Sequence record: PZ445436.1
DNA length: 64,000 nt
Source: a phage
Direction: 5' to 3' (one strand)
In this document: positions 49,606-59,408 of the stretch, piece by piece
How the letters are laid out: each line of letters begins with the position of its first letter
Position numbering within the stretch: the first letter of the stretch is position 1
Notes under the pieces: model-generated
Databases searched by the model: none
What the model was told of the DNA's origin: nothing
What the model saw: only the letters and a program-made list of their open reading frames with translations
Translations under genes and position numbers: made by a program

Positions 49606-50434
49606 TTATATATTTCCAATTATAGCCTTCAACACTTTTACGTTCGCCATTTAAACATTTTAAAATATTTCCTTTGCTAGAAATATTAAAATATTTTGCT
49701 GCGTCTGGTATATAATTAAATGTTTTTAAAAGAACACCATCTTTATATGCGCCAAATAAATCAAGAGTATATTTTTCTCGAAGACGCTGATGTTTCCTTT
49801 TCATAACCTCAGGATTTGCATACGCCAACTTCAATGAATTTCTATGTTTTTCTTTTACTTCAGGTTTTTGCATTGCTAACTTAGTTAGCCTGGAAATTTT
49901 ATTTCTAACTTCATCAGTTTTCATTGCATTTGACAAATTTAATAAAGTTTTATTTCTAACTTCAGGTTTTTGCATTGCTAACTTAGTTAGTTCTCTATGT
50001 CTTTTTCTAAAATCGTCATCCTTCCATATATTTTTCGATAATTTTGACATAGAGCGGTGAAATAATTCCTTTTCACTGGAATACAATTTAAAAATTTCAT
50101 CCAATTCATCCGCATTAAATCTATCGGTATTCGAGTTTATCATTCTATGAAAGGCATAACACATTTTACTATTACTTGTTTTAGCTAAATAGTAATGAGC
50201 TAACGCATGGTCATAATATGACAAATTAACAATATTCCATTTATCTGTTTTATATTCAGGAAATATAGATTTGGGAAGCACGTGATGTGCTTCCGTTTTT
50301 CCTTTTATTTTAGGATTATTATAATTTTTTGTTATCAAATCAACATATGACAATAGTAAATCATTATTTTCTTCAAATATTAAAGCTAATTTATCATTCA
50401 CAAAATCGCAAGGATAAAATCTATCATAATTCAT
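49595..50434 (-). mobile_element. HNH homing endonuclease ORF (Mob-like) inserted between nrdD and nrdG
   Basis: 279 aa; HNH region AHHVLPKS...WNIVNLSYYDHALAH; repeated KLAMQKPEV modules; first about 40 nt duplicate the nrdG 5' end. Confidence 0.65.
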
Positions 50435-52248
50435 TGGTGTTTAACCCTATGCATGATTTCTTTATTTTTACCGAGATTAAATCCGCGTTCGTTCGGATTT
50501 CCCAAATAACCACATGTTCTTCTTATTGTGTTCATCTTTTTAGGATCAGTTTCTCCACAAATAGAACAAACAAATCCGTTTTCAGTAGGAGTCATTTCAT
50601 GGGTACTTCCGCATGTAAAACATTTATCTACCGGCATGTTAACACCAAAATAATCTAAATGTTGTGCAGCATAATCCCATACAGCCTCAAGACCTTTTAG
50701 GTTATTTTTCATATCAGGAAGTTCAACATAAGAAATGTGACCACCTGTCGCAATGAAATGATATGGCGCTTCACGAGAAATCTTTTCAAACGGAGTAATA
50801 TTTTCTTCTACTGAAACATGGAAACTGTTAGTGTACCAGCCTTTATCGGTAACATCTTTTACACTTCCATATTTTTCTGTATCAAGTTTACAGAAGCGAT
50901 AACAAAGGTTTTCAGCAGGAGTCGAATATAAACTAAAAGCAAATCCGGTTCTTTCAGTCCACTGTTTAAGATGGGCATTCATTTTAGTTAAAATTTCTTG
51001 TCCAATATCACGACCGACAAGAATATTCAATTCGTGAATACCAATGTATCCTAAAGACACTGAACTTCTACCGTTTTTAAATAACTCAATTATGTCGTCA
51101 TCAGGTTTAAGACGAACCCCAAATGCACCTTCTTGGTAAAGAATAGGAGCAACAGTCGCTTTAACTCCTTTTAAGGAACTAATTCTACACATCAAAGCTT
51201 CAAAACACAAATCCATTCGTTCATTGAACAATTCGATAAATTTCTGTTCATTGAACTGTGTTCCAATATAAGAATCTAATGCGATACGAGGAAGATTCAG
51301 TGTTACAACACCAAGATTATTACGTCCATCAAGAATTTCATTACCAGTCGAATCTTTCCATACGCTCAAGAAACTACGGCAACCCATCGGAGAAACAGGA
51401 ACAGATGAACCAGTGATAGCTTTATTGTTCTTAGCTGAAATAATATCAGGATACATCCTTTTGCTTGCGCACTCTAGAGCAAGCTGTTTAATATCATAGT
51501 TCGGATCGTCTTTATAAAGATTAACACCTTCTTCAACAAACATAACAAGCTTAGGGAAAATAGGAGTTATCCCATCACGACCAAGACCTTTAATACGATT
51601 TTTCAGAATTGCTTTCTGAATCATTCGTTCAGTCCAGTCAGTTCCCGTACCAAATGTAATTGTTACAAAAGGCGTTTGTCCGTTTGAACTAAAGAGAGTA
51701 TTTACTTCATATTCATAAGCTTGGAATGCATCGTATACATCTTTTTCTGTTTTAGATTGAGCATAATTCAGTGCATCGGCGATTTGCCATTTTTCTGCAT
51801 CCTCAATATGTTTTGCATAGGTGCGTTTAACATAAGGAGAAAGTACTTTATCTACATTAGCAAAAGTCGTTCCGCCGTATTGATGGGAAGCAACCTGTGC
51901 AGTAATTTGTGCCATAATTGCAGTAGCAACTCCAATTGATTTAGGAGTTTCAATCTGCGCATTACCAAGCTTAAATCCGTTCTCAAGCATTCCTTTTAAA
52001 TCTACTAAACAACAATTAGTAAATGGAAGAGCAGGGGAATAATCAATATCGTGGAAATGGATAATTCCGCTTTCATGCGCTTTCATAATAAAAGACGGGA
52101 CCATATTTTTGGCAATGTGTTTAGACACAATACCAGCCATAAGGTCCCGTTGAGTTGGAAAAACACGAGAATCTTTATTAGCATTCTCGTTTAAAAGGTC
52201 TTTATTAGTTTTATGAATCAATCCTTCAATTTCTTTTTCAATTGTCAT
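50431..52248 (-). CDS. nrdD: Anaerobic ribonucleotide reductase NrdD, uninterrupted
   Basis: 605 aa continuous ORF; C-terminal glycyl-radical motif (RRTCGYLG) and Zn-ribbon cysteines. Confidence 0.88.
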   Translation of the reverse strand: MTIEKEIEGLIHKTNKDLLNENANKDSRVFPTQRDLMAGIVSKHIAKNMVPSFIMKAHESGIIHFHDIDYSPALPFTNCCLVDLKGMLENGFKLGNAQIETPKSIGVATAIMAQITAQVASHQYGGTTFANVDKVLSPYVKRTYAKHIEDAEKWQIADALNYAQSKTEKDVYDAFQAYEYEVNTLFSSNGQTPFVTITFGTGTDWTERMIQKAILKNRIKGLGRDGITPIFPKLVMFVEEGVNLYKDDPNYDIKQLALECASKRMYPDIISAKNNKAITGSSVPVSPMGCRSFLSVWKDSTGNEILDGRNNLGVVTLNLPRIALDSYIGTQFNEQKFIELFNERMDLCFEALMCRISSLKGVKATVAPILYQEGAFGVRLKPDDDIIELFKNGRSSVSLGYIGIHELNILVGRDIGQEILTKMNAHLKQWTERTGFAFSLYSTPAENLCYRFCKLDTEKYGSVKDVTDKGWYTNSFHVSVEENITPFEKISREAPYHFIATGGHISYVELPDMKNNLKGLEAVWDYAAQHLDYFGVNMPVDKCFTCGSTHEMTPTENGFVCSICGETDPKKMNTIRRTCGYLGNPNERGFNLGKNKEIMHRVKHQ

Positions 52249-52718
52249 TTTAAACTCTTTCTAAGCTGCTTCTTGAATGAAGCTATTAATTGTGTTTTGG
52301 TGTCAGATTCATTATATTCAAATCCTCTTTGAAGCATCTCAGCCATCATTTCCTCTTTTCCTAAACGAGAAAATTCCTTTGATTTATCTCCAACAAAGTT
52401 AGGGTGAATATTATTTTGGGTGTAATCGGATTTTAAATAAGTAAGTAAATTTTCTAACCATTCAAGATAATCAACACCTTGCCCCTTTAAGCCAGAACGA
52501 TTAAATTTATGTTTCATTTGACCTTCTGCGGCATTGCAGAGATTACAAAGCAATCCACGTACCTTTCCTGCTTTTGGTCCATTTAATTCATGGTCATGGT
52601 CGAGGTGATTAGCTTGAACGTCAGGATTTAGTTCTCGTTGGCAAATTAAGCATTTACCATTTTGTGCATCATAAAATTTCTGTTTTTCTTCTTTATATAA
52701 TTTGCCAGTCAATAACAT
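52245..52718 (-). CDS. 49: Endonuclease VII (gp49, Holliday junction resolvase)
   Basis: 157 aa as in T4 endo VII; Cys-rich zinc site and H-N-H-like residues. Confidence 0.82.
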   Translation of the reverse strand: MLLTGKLYKEEKQKFYDAQNGKCLICQRELNPDVQANHLDHDHELNGPKAGKVRGLLCNLCNAAEGQMKHKFNRSGLKGQGVDYLEWLENLLTYLKSDYTQNNIHPNFVGDKSKEFSRLGKEEMMAEMLQRGFEYNESDTKTQLIASFKKQLRKSLK

Positions 52719-52760
52719 AATAAAACCCTTACCTTAAATAGATAAGGGTATTTATTATTT

Positions 52761-53246
52761 TCAAGTATTGTAAAACATTTGATTCAATCGCTTATATTGC
52801 CGAATCTTTTGGTCAGAAAAAGAAATTTGGGTTTCAAGCCATTCAATATATTCTGCCGCAGCTTGCATCAAATTTCCTTCATAGCCATCGTTATTTTCTT
52901 GTGCAGCTAATTTAGCTAATGCGTATGAAATACGTTCACCCTGAAAATCGGCTTTAGGCTTCTGAACAACTTGATTAGTTCGCTCTACAACTTCTTCAAT
53001 TTCGCCATTTTCTACTGATTCAGTATTCCACAAGCACCAATACGTAATTGGCTTATCGTAGATGTTAATAATCTTTCCATCAGAAAGTTCAATTTCAATA
53101 ATTCCAGTATCAGGCTCTATATCATCTTCACATTCTTTTGCAAGTTCACGAACTTTAAAGACAGTACCTGCACTAAGTTCCGGCCAGTAATTACACAGCC
53201 CTGTATCAGCACGATTAATTCTAAACCACTTATCCACTGTAATCAT
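52761..53246 (-). CDS. pin: Pin-like protease inhibitor (start refined to MITVDKW...; track start is a TTG)
   Basis: 161 aa from ATG 53244-53246, matching T4 Pin length; adjacent to gene 49. Confidence 0.6.
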   Translation of the reverse strand: MITVDKWFRINRADTGLCNYWPELSAGTVFKVRELAKECEDDIEPDTGIIEIELSDGKIINIYDKPITYWCLWNTESVENGEIEEVVERTNQVVQKPKADFQGERISYALAKLAAQENNDGYEGNLMQAAAEYIEWLETQISFSDQKIRQYKRLNQMFYNT

Positions 53247-53369
53247 GTCCCATCTCCATATCAATTAAGTCATTTATCGTTGGTTCATTATATACTGTTT
53301 CTTCATCAGTGTAAACCGGTTCTTCCGGCTCTGGCTCTACAGTTTCCCATCTAGCCGCCCACCAAGGTT

Positions 53370-53690
53370 TTATAGCGTAATCCATTCTCGTACTGTCTGA
53401 GTTACTACACGTTCATGGGGCTCGACTAGTTCAACAGTCGGAACTGCATAATACCAGTCAGAATGATAAGAACCTGACCGAGATTCATTTACAGCCACAT
53501 GTACATTATGTTTTGGACTAAAGTAAACACACTGACGATATTGACATTTACCATCTTGCACCCAGTCTTCTATTTCGACAGGTTTAAGATAATCGGAAAA
53601 ATCGAAATCATAGTTTTCCGAAAATGCATCATGGTCTTCAATGATTTCGCTCAGAACTGCATCAACATCTAATTTATTTTCAATAGTCAT
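53370..53690 (-). CDS. Hypothetical acidic protein (106 aa)
   Basis: ORF track. Confidence 0.45.
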   Translation of the reverse strand: MTIENKLDVDAVLSEIIEDHDAFSENYDFDFSDYLKPVEIEDWVQDGKCQYRQCVYFSPKHNVHVAVNESRSGSYHSDWYYAVPTVELVEPHERVVTQTVREWITL

Positions 53691-53700
53691 TTTTCACCAA

Positions 53701-53871
53701 TTAATTTCGCAATTTATTAAGTTCTTCATCATCAATCCAGGATTCTAGTCCTGATGGCAGGTCACATTCAATTTCCCAAAGAAGTTCTTCAATTTTCTGA
53801 AGACGATCTAGTTCTTCGGCTGGAATAGTAACCATTGACGGAGCTCGTGATACATTAATATCGTAAATCAT
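53701..53871 (-). CDS. Small acidic protein (56 aa); absent from the ORF track
   Basis: Hand translation MIYDINVSRAPSMVTIPAEELDRLQKIEELLWEIECDLPSGLESWIDDEELNKLRN; ATG 2 nt after the upstream stop. Confidence 0.4.
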   Translation of the reverse strand: MIYDINVSRAPSMVTIPAEELDRLQKIEELLWEIECDLPSGLESWIDDEELNKLRN

Positions 53872-53873
53872 AT

Positions 53874-54089
53874 TTACCCCAATTTAACCATACAATCGCC
53901 GTATTTCCACTTAGAAATAGACTTTTCACCATTAGAATAATAAACTTCGAGTTTAGCACGATTATTTTTAATTTGAATAACCTTGGCTGTCATCAAAGTT
54001 CCATACCCATAATAAACTGCAACTTCATCACCTACATATACCGCGCTTCCGCGGTAATCATGAATATAGTCATTTCCTTCGAGCATCAT
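53874..54089 (-). CDS. Hypothetical protein (71 aa)
   Basis: ORF track. Confidence 0.45.
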   Translation of the reverse strand: MMLEGNDYIHDYRGSAVYVGDEVAVYYGYGTLMTAKVIQIKNNRAKLEVYYSNGEKSISKWKYGDCMVKLG

Positions 54090-54349
54090 TTAAAATATTC
54101 TCGCAGCTGGTCAAATCCACCAATATGACTTCCATCAGAAGCAAATACCTGGGGCATTGTCAAGCCGATTTGAGTATCACGACCTAGTTTAGTCAGAAGC
54201 TCAGCGATTTTCTCATCATCAAAAACACCTTTTTCCGGCATAATGTTGATAAATTCAAACGGCTGTTTCTTCACGGTCAAAAGACGTTTTGCATTATCGC
54301 AATACACACATTTATGAATGTTGCTATCATAACCATATACTTTAAACAT
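54086..54349 (-). CDS. nrdC: Glutaredoxin/thioredoxin NrdC
   Basis: 87 aa with CVYC active site; matches recalled T4 NrdC. Confidence 0.75.
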   Translation of the reverse strand: MFKVYGYDSNIHKCVYCDNAKRLLTVKKQPFEFINIMPEKGVFDDEKIAELLTKLGRDTQIGLTMPQVFASDGSHIGGFDQLREYFK

Positions 54350-54350
54350 A

Positions 54351-54593
54351 TTATTCCTTAATTCCTAGTACTTGTTTAAAAGTCTCGTCGTAATCAAGAC
54401 TTTGGCCCGTTTGTTCTTTATGTTTGTATATAATATCACTTACTTCTGATAGCATATTTTTATATGAACGAGTTAAAGCAGATTTAAGCACGCTGTATCT
54501 ATCAGGAAATTTACCATGTTCATTATAATAAGCTATTGCTAATTCACGGACTGCCTTTTCAGCAGCCTCCATATATTCTTTACGCTTGGTCAT
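54351..54593 (-). CDS. Hypothetical protein (80 aa)
   Basis: ORF track. Confidence 0.45.
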   Translation of the reverse strand: MTKRKEYMEAAEKAVRELAIAYYNEHGKFPDRYSVLKSALTRSYKNMLSEVSDIIYKHKEQTGQSLDYDETFKQVLGIKE

Positions 54594-54595
54594 TT

Positions 54596-54985
54596 TTAAT
54601 CCAAAATATTATTAGGCATTGGTTGAACACTCACAAGTTCTTTAAAGAACTCAGTAGAGTCAGGCAATTTAACCATTTCCGGAGCATGCTTACTGAATTT
54701 ATGTTTACATTGACGGCATTTATATTCAAGCTCTGGTTTACGCCAGTTAATCAATTGAACTTGTTCAGTACCGCATTCAGGGCAATTAGGAACGTTTTTA
54801 GAAGCTCTTTCACGTCGTTCAACCATAGCCATAATAGCATCCCATGCTGGAGGTTTAAAATCTAAATCGTCGCAGCCGTGAATCTTTCCACGCATTTCCA
54901 TATCATCTTCCTCACCAGCCATAATAATTTTAATTAAACTGGAATTACTTGAAGCTGCAATGTCTTCTAATAAACGCTTTTTCAT
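54596..54985 (-). CDS. Hypothetical protein (129 aa) with a C4 zinc-ribbon-like motif
   Basis: CPECGTE...CRQCKHKF. Confidence 0.45.
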   Translation of the reverse strand: MKKRLLEDIAASSNSSLIKIIMAGEEDDMEMRGKIHGCDDLDFKPPAWDAIMAMVERRERASKNVPNCPECGTEQVQLINWRKPELEYKCRQCKHKFSKHAPEMVKLPDSTEFFKELVSVQPMPNNILD

Positions 54986-55911
54986 TTCAATACCTCAATA
55001 GCATTACGTAAACCATTTGCTTTTGCATTAAGAGCTTTTAACAATTTGGTGTGTTCTGCAATTTGGGCTTCAACTTCAGTCAAACGGACATTGAGATATT
55101 CACGTTCTTCACTCAGATTATCAACCTTTTCTACTTTAGGCTCTTTTACAACTGTCTTATATGTATTAGGGTTCTTCAGTTTAATTAGAATGCGTGAACT
55201 GTATAACATTGAACCATTATCTTCGGTTTCGTCATACATTTCCACTACGTCCATAATTTTTAACATCATGCGGAGTTTATAAGACAACGAACGAATAGTT
55301 TTGTTGTGCTTATTAATTTCTTTAGCTGTCATGGTGCCAAGATTACGTGAGTAATAATAAGGAACCTGGATATTAATTAATACTGGTGAACCACCTGGCT
55401 TGTGTGTTACTTCATCAGCAATAACCCAGTCCTTAACATGAACTGTATTTGTACGGTCATCGCCCGCGGTAAATAGTTTGCGAGCATGCTTAAAAAGCAT
55501 ATTCACTTGGTCATTGAATTGACAAGCAAATTTATCAGCAAATTTAGTTTCAGGAATGGTAGAAAACCAATCAGCCAAATGAGTCTTTTTAACATCATTA
55601 ACAATAGTAAATTCAACCAAATCGGTTATAGATGTCTCAGATTTAATGAAGCTCGGCTTCATAAAGTTTTTAATGTTCTCATGAGCTACAGTAGAAGATA
55701 ACATACGAGAACGTTTAAACCATTCAAGCAAATTGCCTAACGAATGAGAATAAGCGTTTTGAGTATCTTTACAGATATGATTTTCCTGACCAACATATTG
55801 AAGGAAATCACGAAGAATATTATTGATTACTGCTCTGTGCCCGATCTGATAATTACGGTGTTTAGTAATAAGACTGTCAAAATAATCAATATAATGTTTA
55901 CGAGTTTTCAT
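54982..55911 (-). CDS. Hypothetical protein (309 aa) with C-terminal coiled coil
   Basis: ORF track; C-terminal heptad-like K/E/L-rich segment. Confidence 0.5.
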   Translation of the reverse strand: MKTRKHYIDYFDSLITKHRNYQIGHRAVINNILRDFLQYVGQENHICKDTQNAYSHSLGNLLEWFKRSRMLSSTVAHENIKNFMKPSFIKSETSITDLVEFTIVNDVKKTHLADWFSTIPETKFADKFACQFNDQVNMLFKHARKLFTAGDDRTNTVHVKDWVIADEVTHKPGGSPVLINIQVPYYYSRNLGTMTAKEINKHNKTIRSLSYKLRMMLKIMDVVEMYDETEDNGSMLYSSRILIKLKNPNTYKTVVKEPKVEKVDNLSEEREYLNVRLTEVEAQIAEHTKLLKALNAKANGLRNAIEVLK

Positions 55912-55963
55912 ATTCTTCTCACTTGGTTAATGGTTTATACTCCGAGCCATCCTTGGCTTTAAA

Positions 55964-56965
55964 TTACTTAATTAACTGTAAAGCTTGTTCAAGACGATCA
56001 AGACGATTAACGGATTCTTCCCAAATCTTTTTAGCCTGCTCATATTCTTTCTGCGCTTTATTAGAAATTTCTAGAACTTCTTTATAAGCTTTTTCTAATG
56101 CAATAACTTCTGGACGAATTTCTACCGGTTCAGGTGAATCATCAAGACATTCCATTAGTTCCTCAAGGGTAGTTTCTTCTTTAGGAGTATTCACAATTTC
56201 ATCACATTTTTGTTGGTAAATTTCTTTACTAGTAGGTGAATAAGTACATTTCACTTCACGAAGACTAACTACAATTTTATATCCTTCCCAACCGCATATA
56301 TTCTTAAAAGGATATGTATGAATATTTTCTACTGTTTCCATACAGCCCAAAACCGCCTCTAATTGATAAGTTATAGTGCTAGCAATTGAGAAAAATTTAT
56401 TAATATTCTTTTGGTTAGCGTTTGGTGTAAAAAATCCATAATTCACAAAAATAGCTACTTTATTTTCATCAAGCTCATATTCTTTTACGATAATCATATC
56501 AGAAGCCAAAGGATGAATTTGACGATAATCGCCATAACATAATTTAGAAGCTGATTTTAGAATTTGTCCTTTGAAAAGTCTGAAATTACTAATCCAACGA
56601 CGAGTAAAAATATTCTCAGGGTCTTCTTTATTATTAAGATGATAAGAATTAACATCACCGAACCAATTATATCCTACTACATCTTTAGTTCGTTTAATTT
56701 CTTTCCCAAAATTACCAAGAATATCCCGATTAACCAAATATGAAAGAAGACGAGATCCTTTAAAGGTTTTCTTAATGGCATCTTTATCTGTACGACTAGA
56801 AATTTCACGAACTTCATGAATAAATTTGCCGGAAGAAACAATACTTGCATCAATATTATTGAGCCATTGATTGATAATAGAAAGAACACTATTTTGGCCA
56901 AACAGCGGTATAACTTTATCATCAATAACGCTATTGAATGATTTGATATATTCGTTACGAGTCAT
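55964..56965 (-). CDS. Hypothetical protein (333 aa; start refined to MTRNEY...) with C-terminal coiled coil
   Basis: ATG 56963-56965 after SD GAGGAGATTAAT; track extension is leader read-through. Confidence 0.5.
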   Translation of the reverse strand: MTRNEYIKSFNSVIDDKVIPLFGQNSVLSIINQWLNNIDASIVSSGKFIHEVREISSRTDKDAIKKTFKGSRLLSYLVNRDILGNFGKEIKRTKDVVGYNWFGDVNSYHLNNKEDPENIFTRRWISNFRLFKGQILKSASKLCYGDYRQIHPLASDMIIVKEYELDENKVAIFVNYGFFTPNANQKNINKFFSIASTITYQLEAVLGCMETVENIHTYPFKNICGWEGYKIVVSLREVKCTYSPTSKEIYQQKCDEIVNTPKEETTLEELMECLDDSPEPVEIRPEVIALEKAYKEVLEISNKAQKEYEQAKKIWEESVNRLDRLEQALQLIK

Positions 56966-56991
56966 ATTAATCTCCTCAGTAGAAAGTAAGA

Positions 56992-57025
56992 ACATTATAC
57001 CACATCCTTGTGGCGAAGTAAACTA
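56992..57025 (-). promoter_or_regulatory. Early promoter
   Basis: GTTTAC (57018-57023), 18 bp, TATAAT (56994-56999). Confidence 0.55.
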
Positions 57026-58042
57026 GTTCAGTGCATTTAGTGCGTTGTTCAGTTTAGAACGTTGCTTCGTGAGATTTTTGACTTTTTCTTGAGCTTTTTC
57101 TAGCATCTTTTCAGCTTCTAGCACTTCATTGGTCGCTTTAACGAGTTCATCATCTACTGCCTTGATAGACTTCTCAATCGCATCCGCGTGCCATTTTTCA
57201 ACAGGTTTAAGACTCGGATTTTCAATAGGAAGAAAATTCACTTTATTGAATTTCCATGCATCTTTATTGCCTGAACTATACATCCAAAATTTAGGATCGT
57301 TTGATGAGTAATTAGATAAATTTAAGTTATCTTGCACTTCTTGCTTTTTCTCTTGCGGGACTTCATCCTTTCTCAAAAAATCGTATTTAAATGAAACGAT
57401 CATATCAAGTTCATATGTTGTTGTATGTTCCCAATTTCGCTCAAAACGAGGTAAAATCTTAGAATGAACAGCGGCAACAACATCCATATACTTAAATGCT
57501 TCTGTCAACTGCGATTTAAGGCATTCGCAAATTGAAAGAGAATTTTTTGTATTAGGTTTAAAGCTAATTCGTGCAGTTCTATTATTTTCTTTTAATGGTC
57601 TTACTTCCATCTGAAGAGTATAACCATCAAATTTCAGGTTCTTTAAGTTAATGTCAGAACCTTTTAATCGACTAGCCGTCGACAAAATTTGATTTAATTG
57701 TTTACGGAATAGAGCAATAAATCTCCATTCAATACGATAATGATTTGGATTGAAAAATCCAGATGATAAATCGACCTTACTCTGACCAACACCTTGAACA
57801 AATAGAGGATTTTTATAATCAATAGTTTTACAGAAATCGGTGAGCTGCTCACGAGCAGTCATTTGTGTAATATACCCTGCTTCGTTAAAATGACGTAACC
57901 ATTCACTGCTATTCATATACTTAAAGTGAATGGAACTATTAACTCTATCAGGGTCTAAATTATTTTGACACAAAAATGTCATAACATCACGAGTATAGCT
58001 GGCATTACGAACCATATCTTCAATTTGAGAACGAGTTTTCAT
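57023..58042 (-). CDS. Hypothetical protein (339 aa) with C-terminal coiled coil
   Basis: ORF track. Confidence 0.5.
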   Translation of the reverse strand: MKTRSQIEDMVRNASYTRDVMTFLCQNNLDPDRVNSSIHFKYMNSSEWLRHFNEAGYITQMTAREQLTDFCKTIDYKNPLFVQGVGQSKVDLSSGFFNPNHYRIEWRFIALFRKQLNQILSTASRLKGSDINLKNLKFDGYTLQMEVRPLKENNRTARISFKPNTKNSLSICECLKSQLTEAFKYMDVVAAVHSKILPRFERNWEHTTTYELDMIVSFKYDFLRKDEVPQEKKQEVQDNLNLSNYSSNDPKFWMYSSGNKDAWKFNKVNFLPIENPSLKPVEKWHADAIEKSIKAVDDELVKATNEVLEAEKMLEKAQEKVKNLTKQRSKLNNALNALN

Positions 58043-58050
58043 GGTGTTCC

Positions 58051-58959
58051 TTAAGATTTAAGTAAATCAACAATTTTAATTAACTTTTCACGCTCAGATT
58101 TAGCTTTACTACTCAATCCAGATAGTCTGAAAATTTCATCATCATATTGTTGAATAGAAATATTCAGCTCTTCAATCTGCTTATTAAAATAATCAATTTG
58201 CTCAGAATGTTTTTCGTTACTACGAACTGGCGCAGGTTTTGTAGGCAATTTAGTTGAACTGGATTCATCCGGGCGATAAATTAAAATACAACTTGAACCA
58301 ATCGGACATTTTGCCCCAGATGAATATTCTAATGTTCCAGCTTCTTTTAAAACTTCAAAAGCTAAACAGAGATGATGCCCCATATTAACATAATCTGTAG
58401 AGCGAGCTCTGACGTAATAATCATCTCCACGAGTGCTAAATTTAAAGCATTTAAGGTCTTCTGTATTATTAGTTTTAAAAATCATTTGTTTATCTAGACC
58501 TTTAGCTAATCGAGCGCCTAATGCTAATAATCGTCGTTGATTTTCCCACAAATCTGCGATCATTTGGTCAAATGATAATTTCGGCATTAGTCGACCGTAA
58601 AGGTCATATCCTTTATTATAATTACGAAGGATTTCACTCGCGTTAATACGAGACAATGCTCCAATTTTATTAAGGGCTTTCATAATGCGATTAGATAAAC
58701 CCATTCCAGACCCGTTTGTTCGCTGCAAATGTTTTTCTAATCCAAATCCAATATCAACTTTAAACTTATCTAAAATTTCTGCATGAACATCTCTGTCAAT
58801 AACATTCAAATCCAAAGTTGGGTTAAATCTATGAAAAAATTTATCTGGCTCTCCACGACGAAGTACAGTCCATTCATTCATTTTTTTATTAACTAAAGAT
58901 TTAATTACTGTATTGACATTATTAATTACTACTGACATATTTTCCTCACTCAATTTCAA
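58051..58959 (-). CDS. Hypothetical protein (302 aa) with C-terminal coiled coil
   Basis: ORF track. Confidence 0.5.
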   Translation of the reverse strand: MKLSEENMSVVINNVNTVIKSLVNKKMNEWTVLRRGEPDKFFHRFNPTLDLNVIDRDVHAEILDKFKVDIGFGLEKHLQRTNGSGMGLSNRIMKALNKIGALSRINASEILRNYNKGYDLYGRLMPKLSFDQMIADLWENQRRLLALGARLAKGLDKQMIFKTNNTEDLKCFKFSTRGDDYYVRARSTDYVNMGHHLCLAFEVLKEAGTLEYSSGAKCPIGSSCILIYRPDESSSTKLPTKPAPVRSNEKHSEQIDYFNKQIEELNISIQQYDDEIFRLSGLSSKAKSEREKLIKIVDLLKS

Positions 58960-59353
58960 TTTTACTAAATATACAGAATATGATGGAAAAGACTATATAA
59001 GCACCACACACAGATTGAACTAATACCATTCCAAAGAACCAAACAATATTATCAAACAATGTCTGTTTTACGTCGAAAGGACGTAAACTTACAGTAATAT
59101 TATCGCCTTTTTCTATTGATGAATACATCTCTGGTGAAATATATTCACTAAATCTATAACCGTCTTTGAGTTCATATACGGCAATAAACGATAAACTAGA
59201 CCCCTTTCCTTGAGTTCCTGTAAGGGTATTAACTACAGTAACATCATAATCTTTATAATGCATATAATCATTAATTGCATAATAACCATATGCAACTACT
59301 ACACATAAACAACATATCAATAAATTCAATCTTTTAATTATCAACTGTTTCAT
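58946..59353 (-). CDS. Membrane protein (135 aa)
   Basis: ORF track; N- and C-terminal hydrophobic helices. Confidence 0.45.
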   Translation of the reverse strand: MKQLIIKRLNLLICCLCVVVAYGYYAINDYMHYKDYDVTVVNTLTGTQGKGSSLSFIAVYELKDGYRFSEYISPEMYSSIEKGDNITVSLRPFDVKQTLFDNIVWFFGMVLVQSVCGAYIVFSIIFCIFSKIEIE

Positions 59354-59380
59354 AATAATCTCAGTTAAAAGGGCTTAGAA

Positions 59381-59408
59381 CCATTATACCATCCTTGGTA
59401 TAAAGCGG
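59381..59408 (-). promoter_or_regulatory. Candidate MotA-dependent middle promoter
   Basis: Minus CGCTTTA (plus 59401-59407), 12 bp, TATAAT (59383-59388). Confidence 0.4.
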
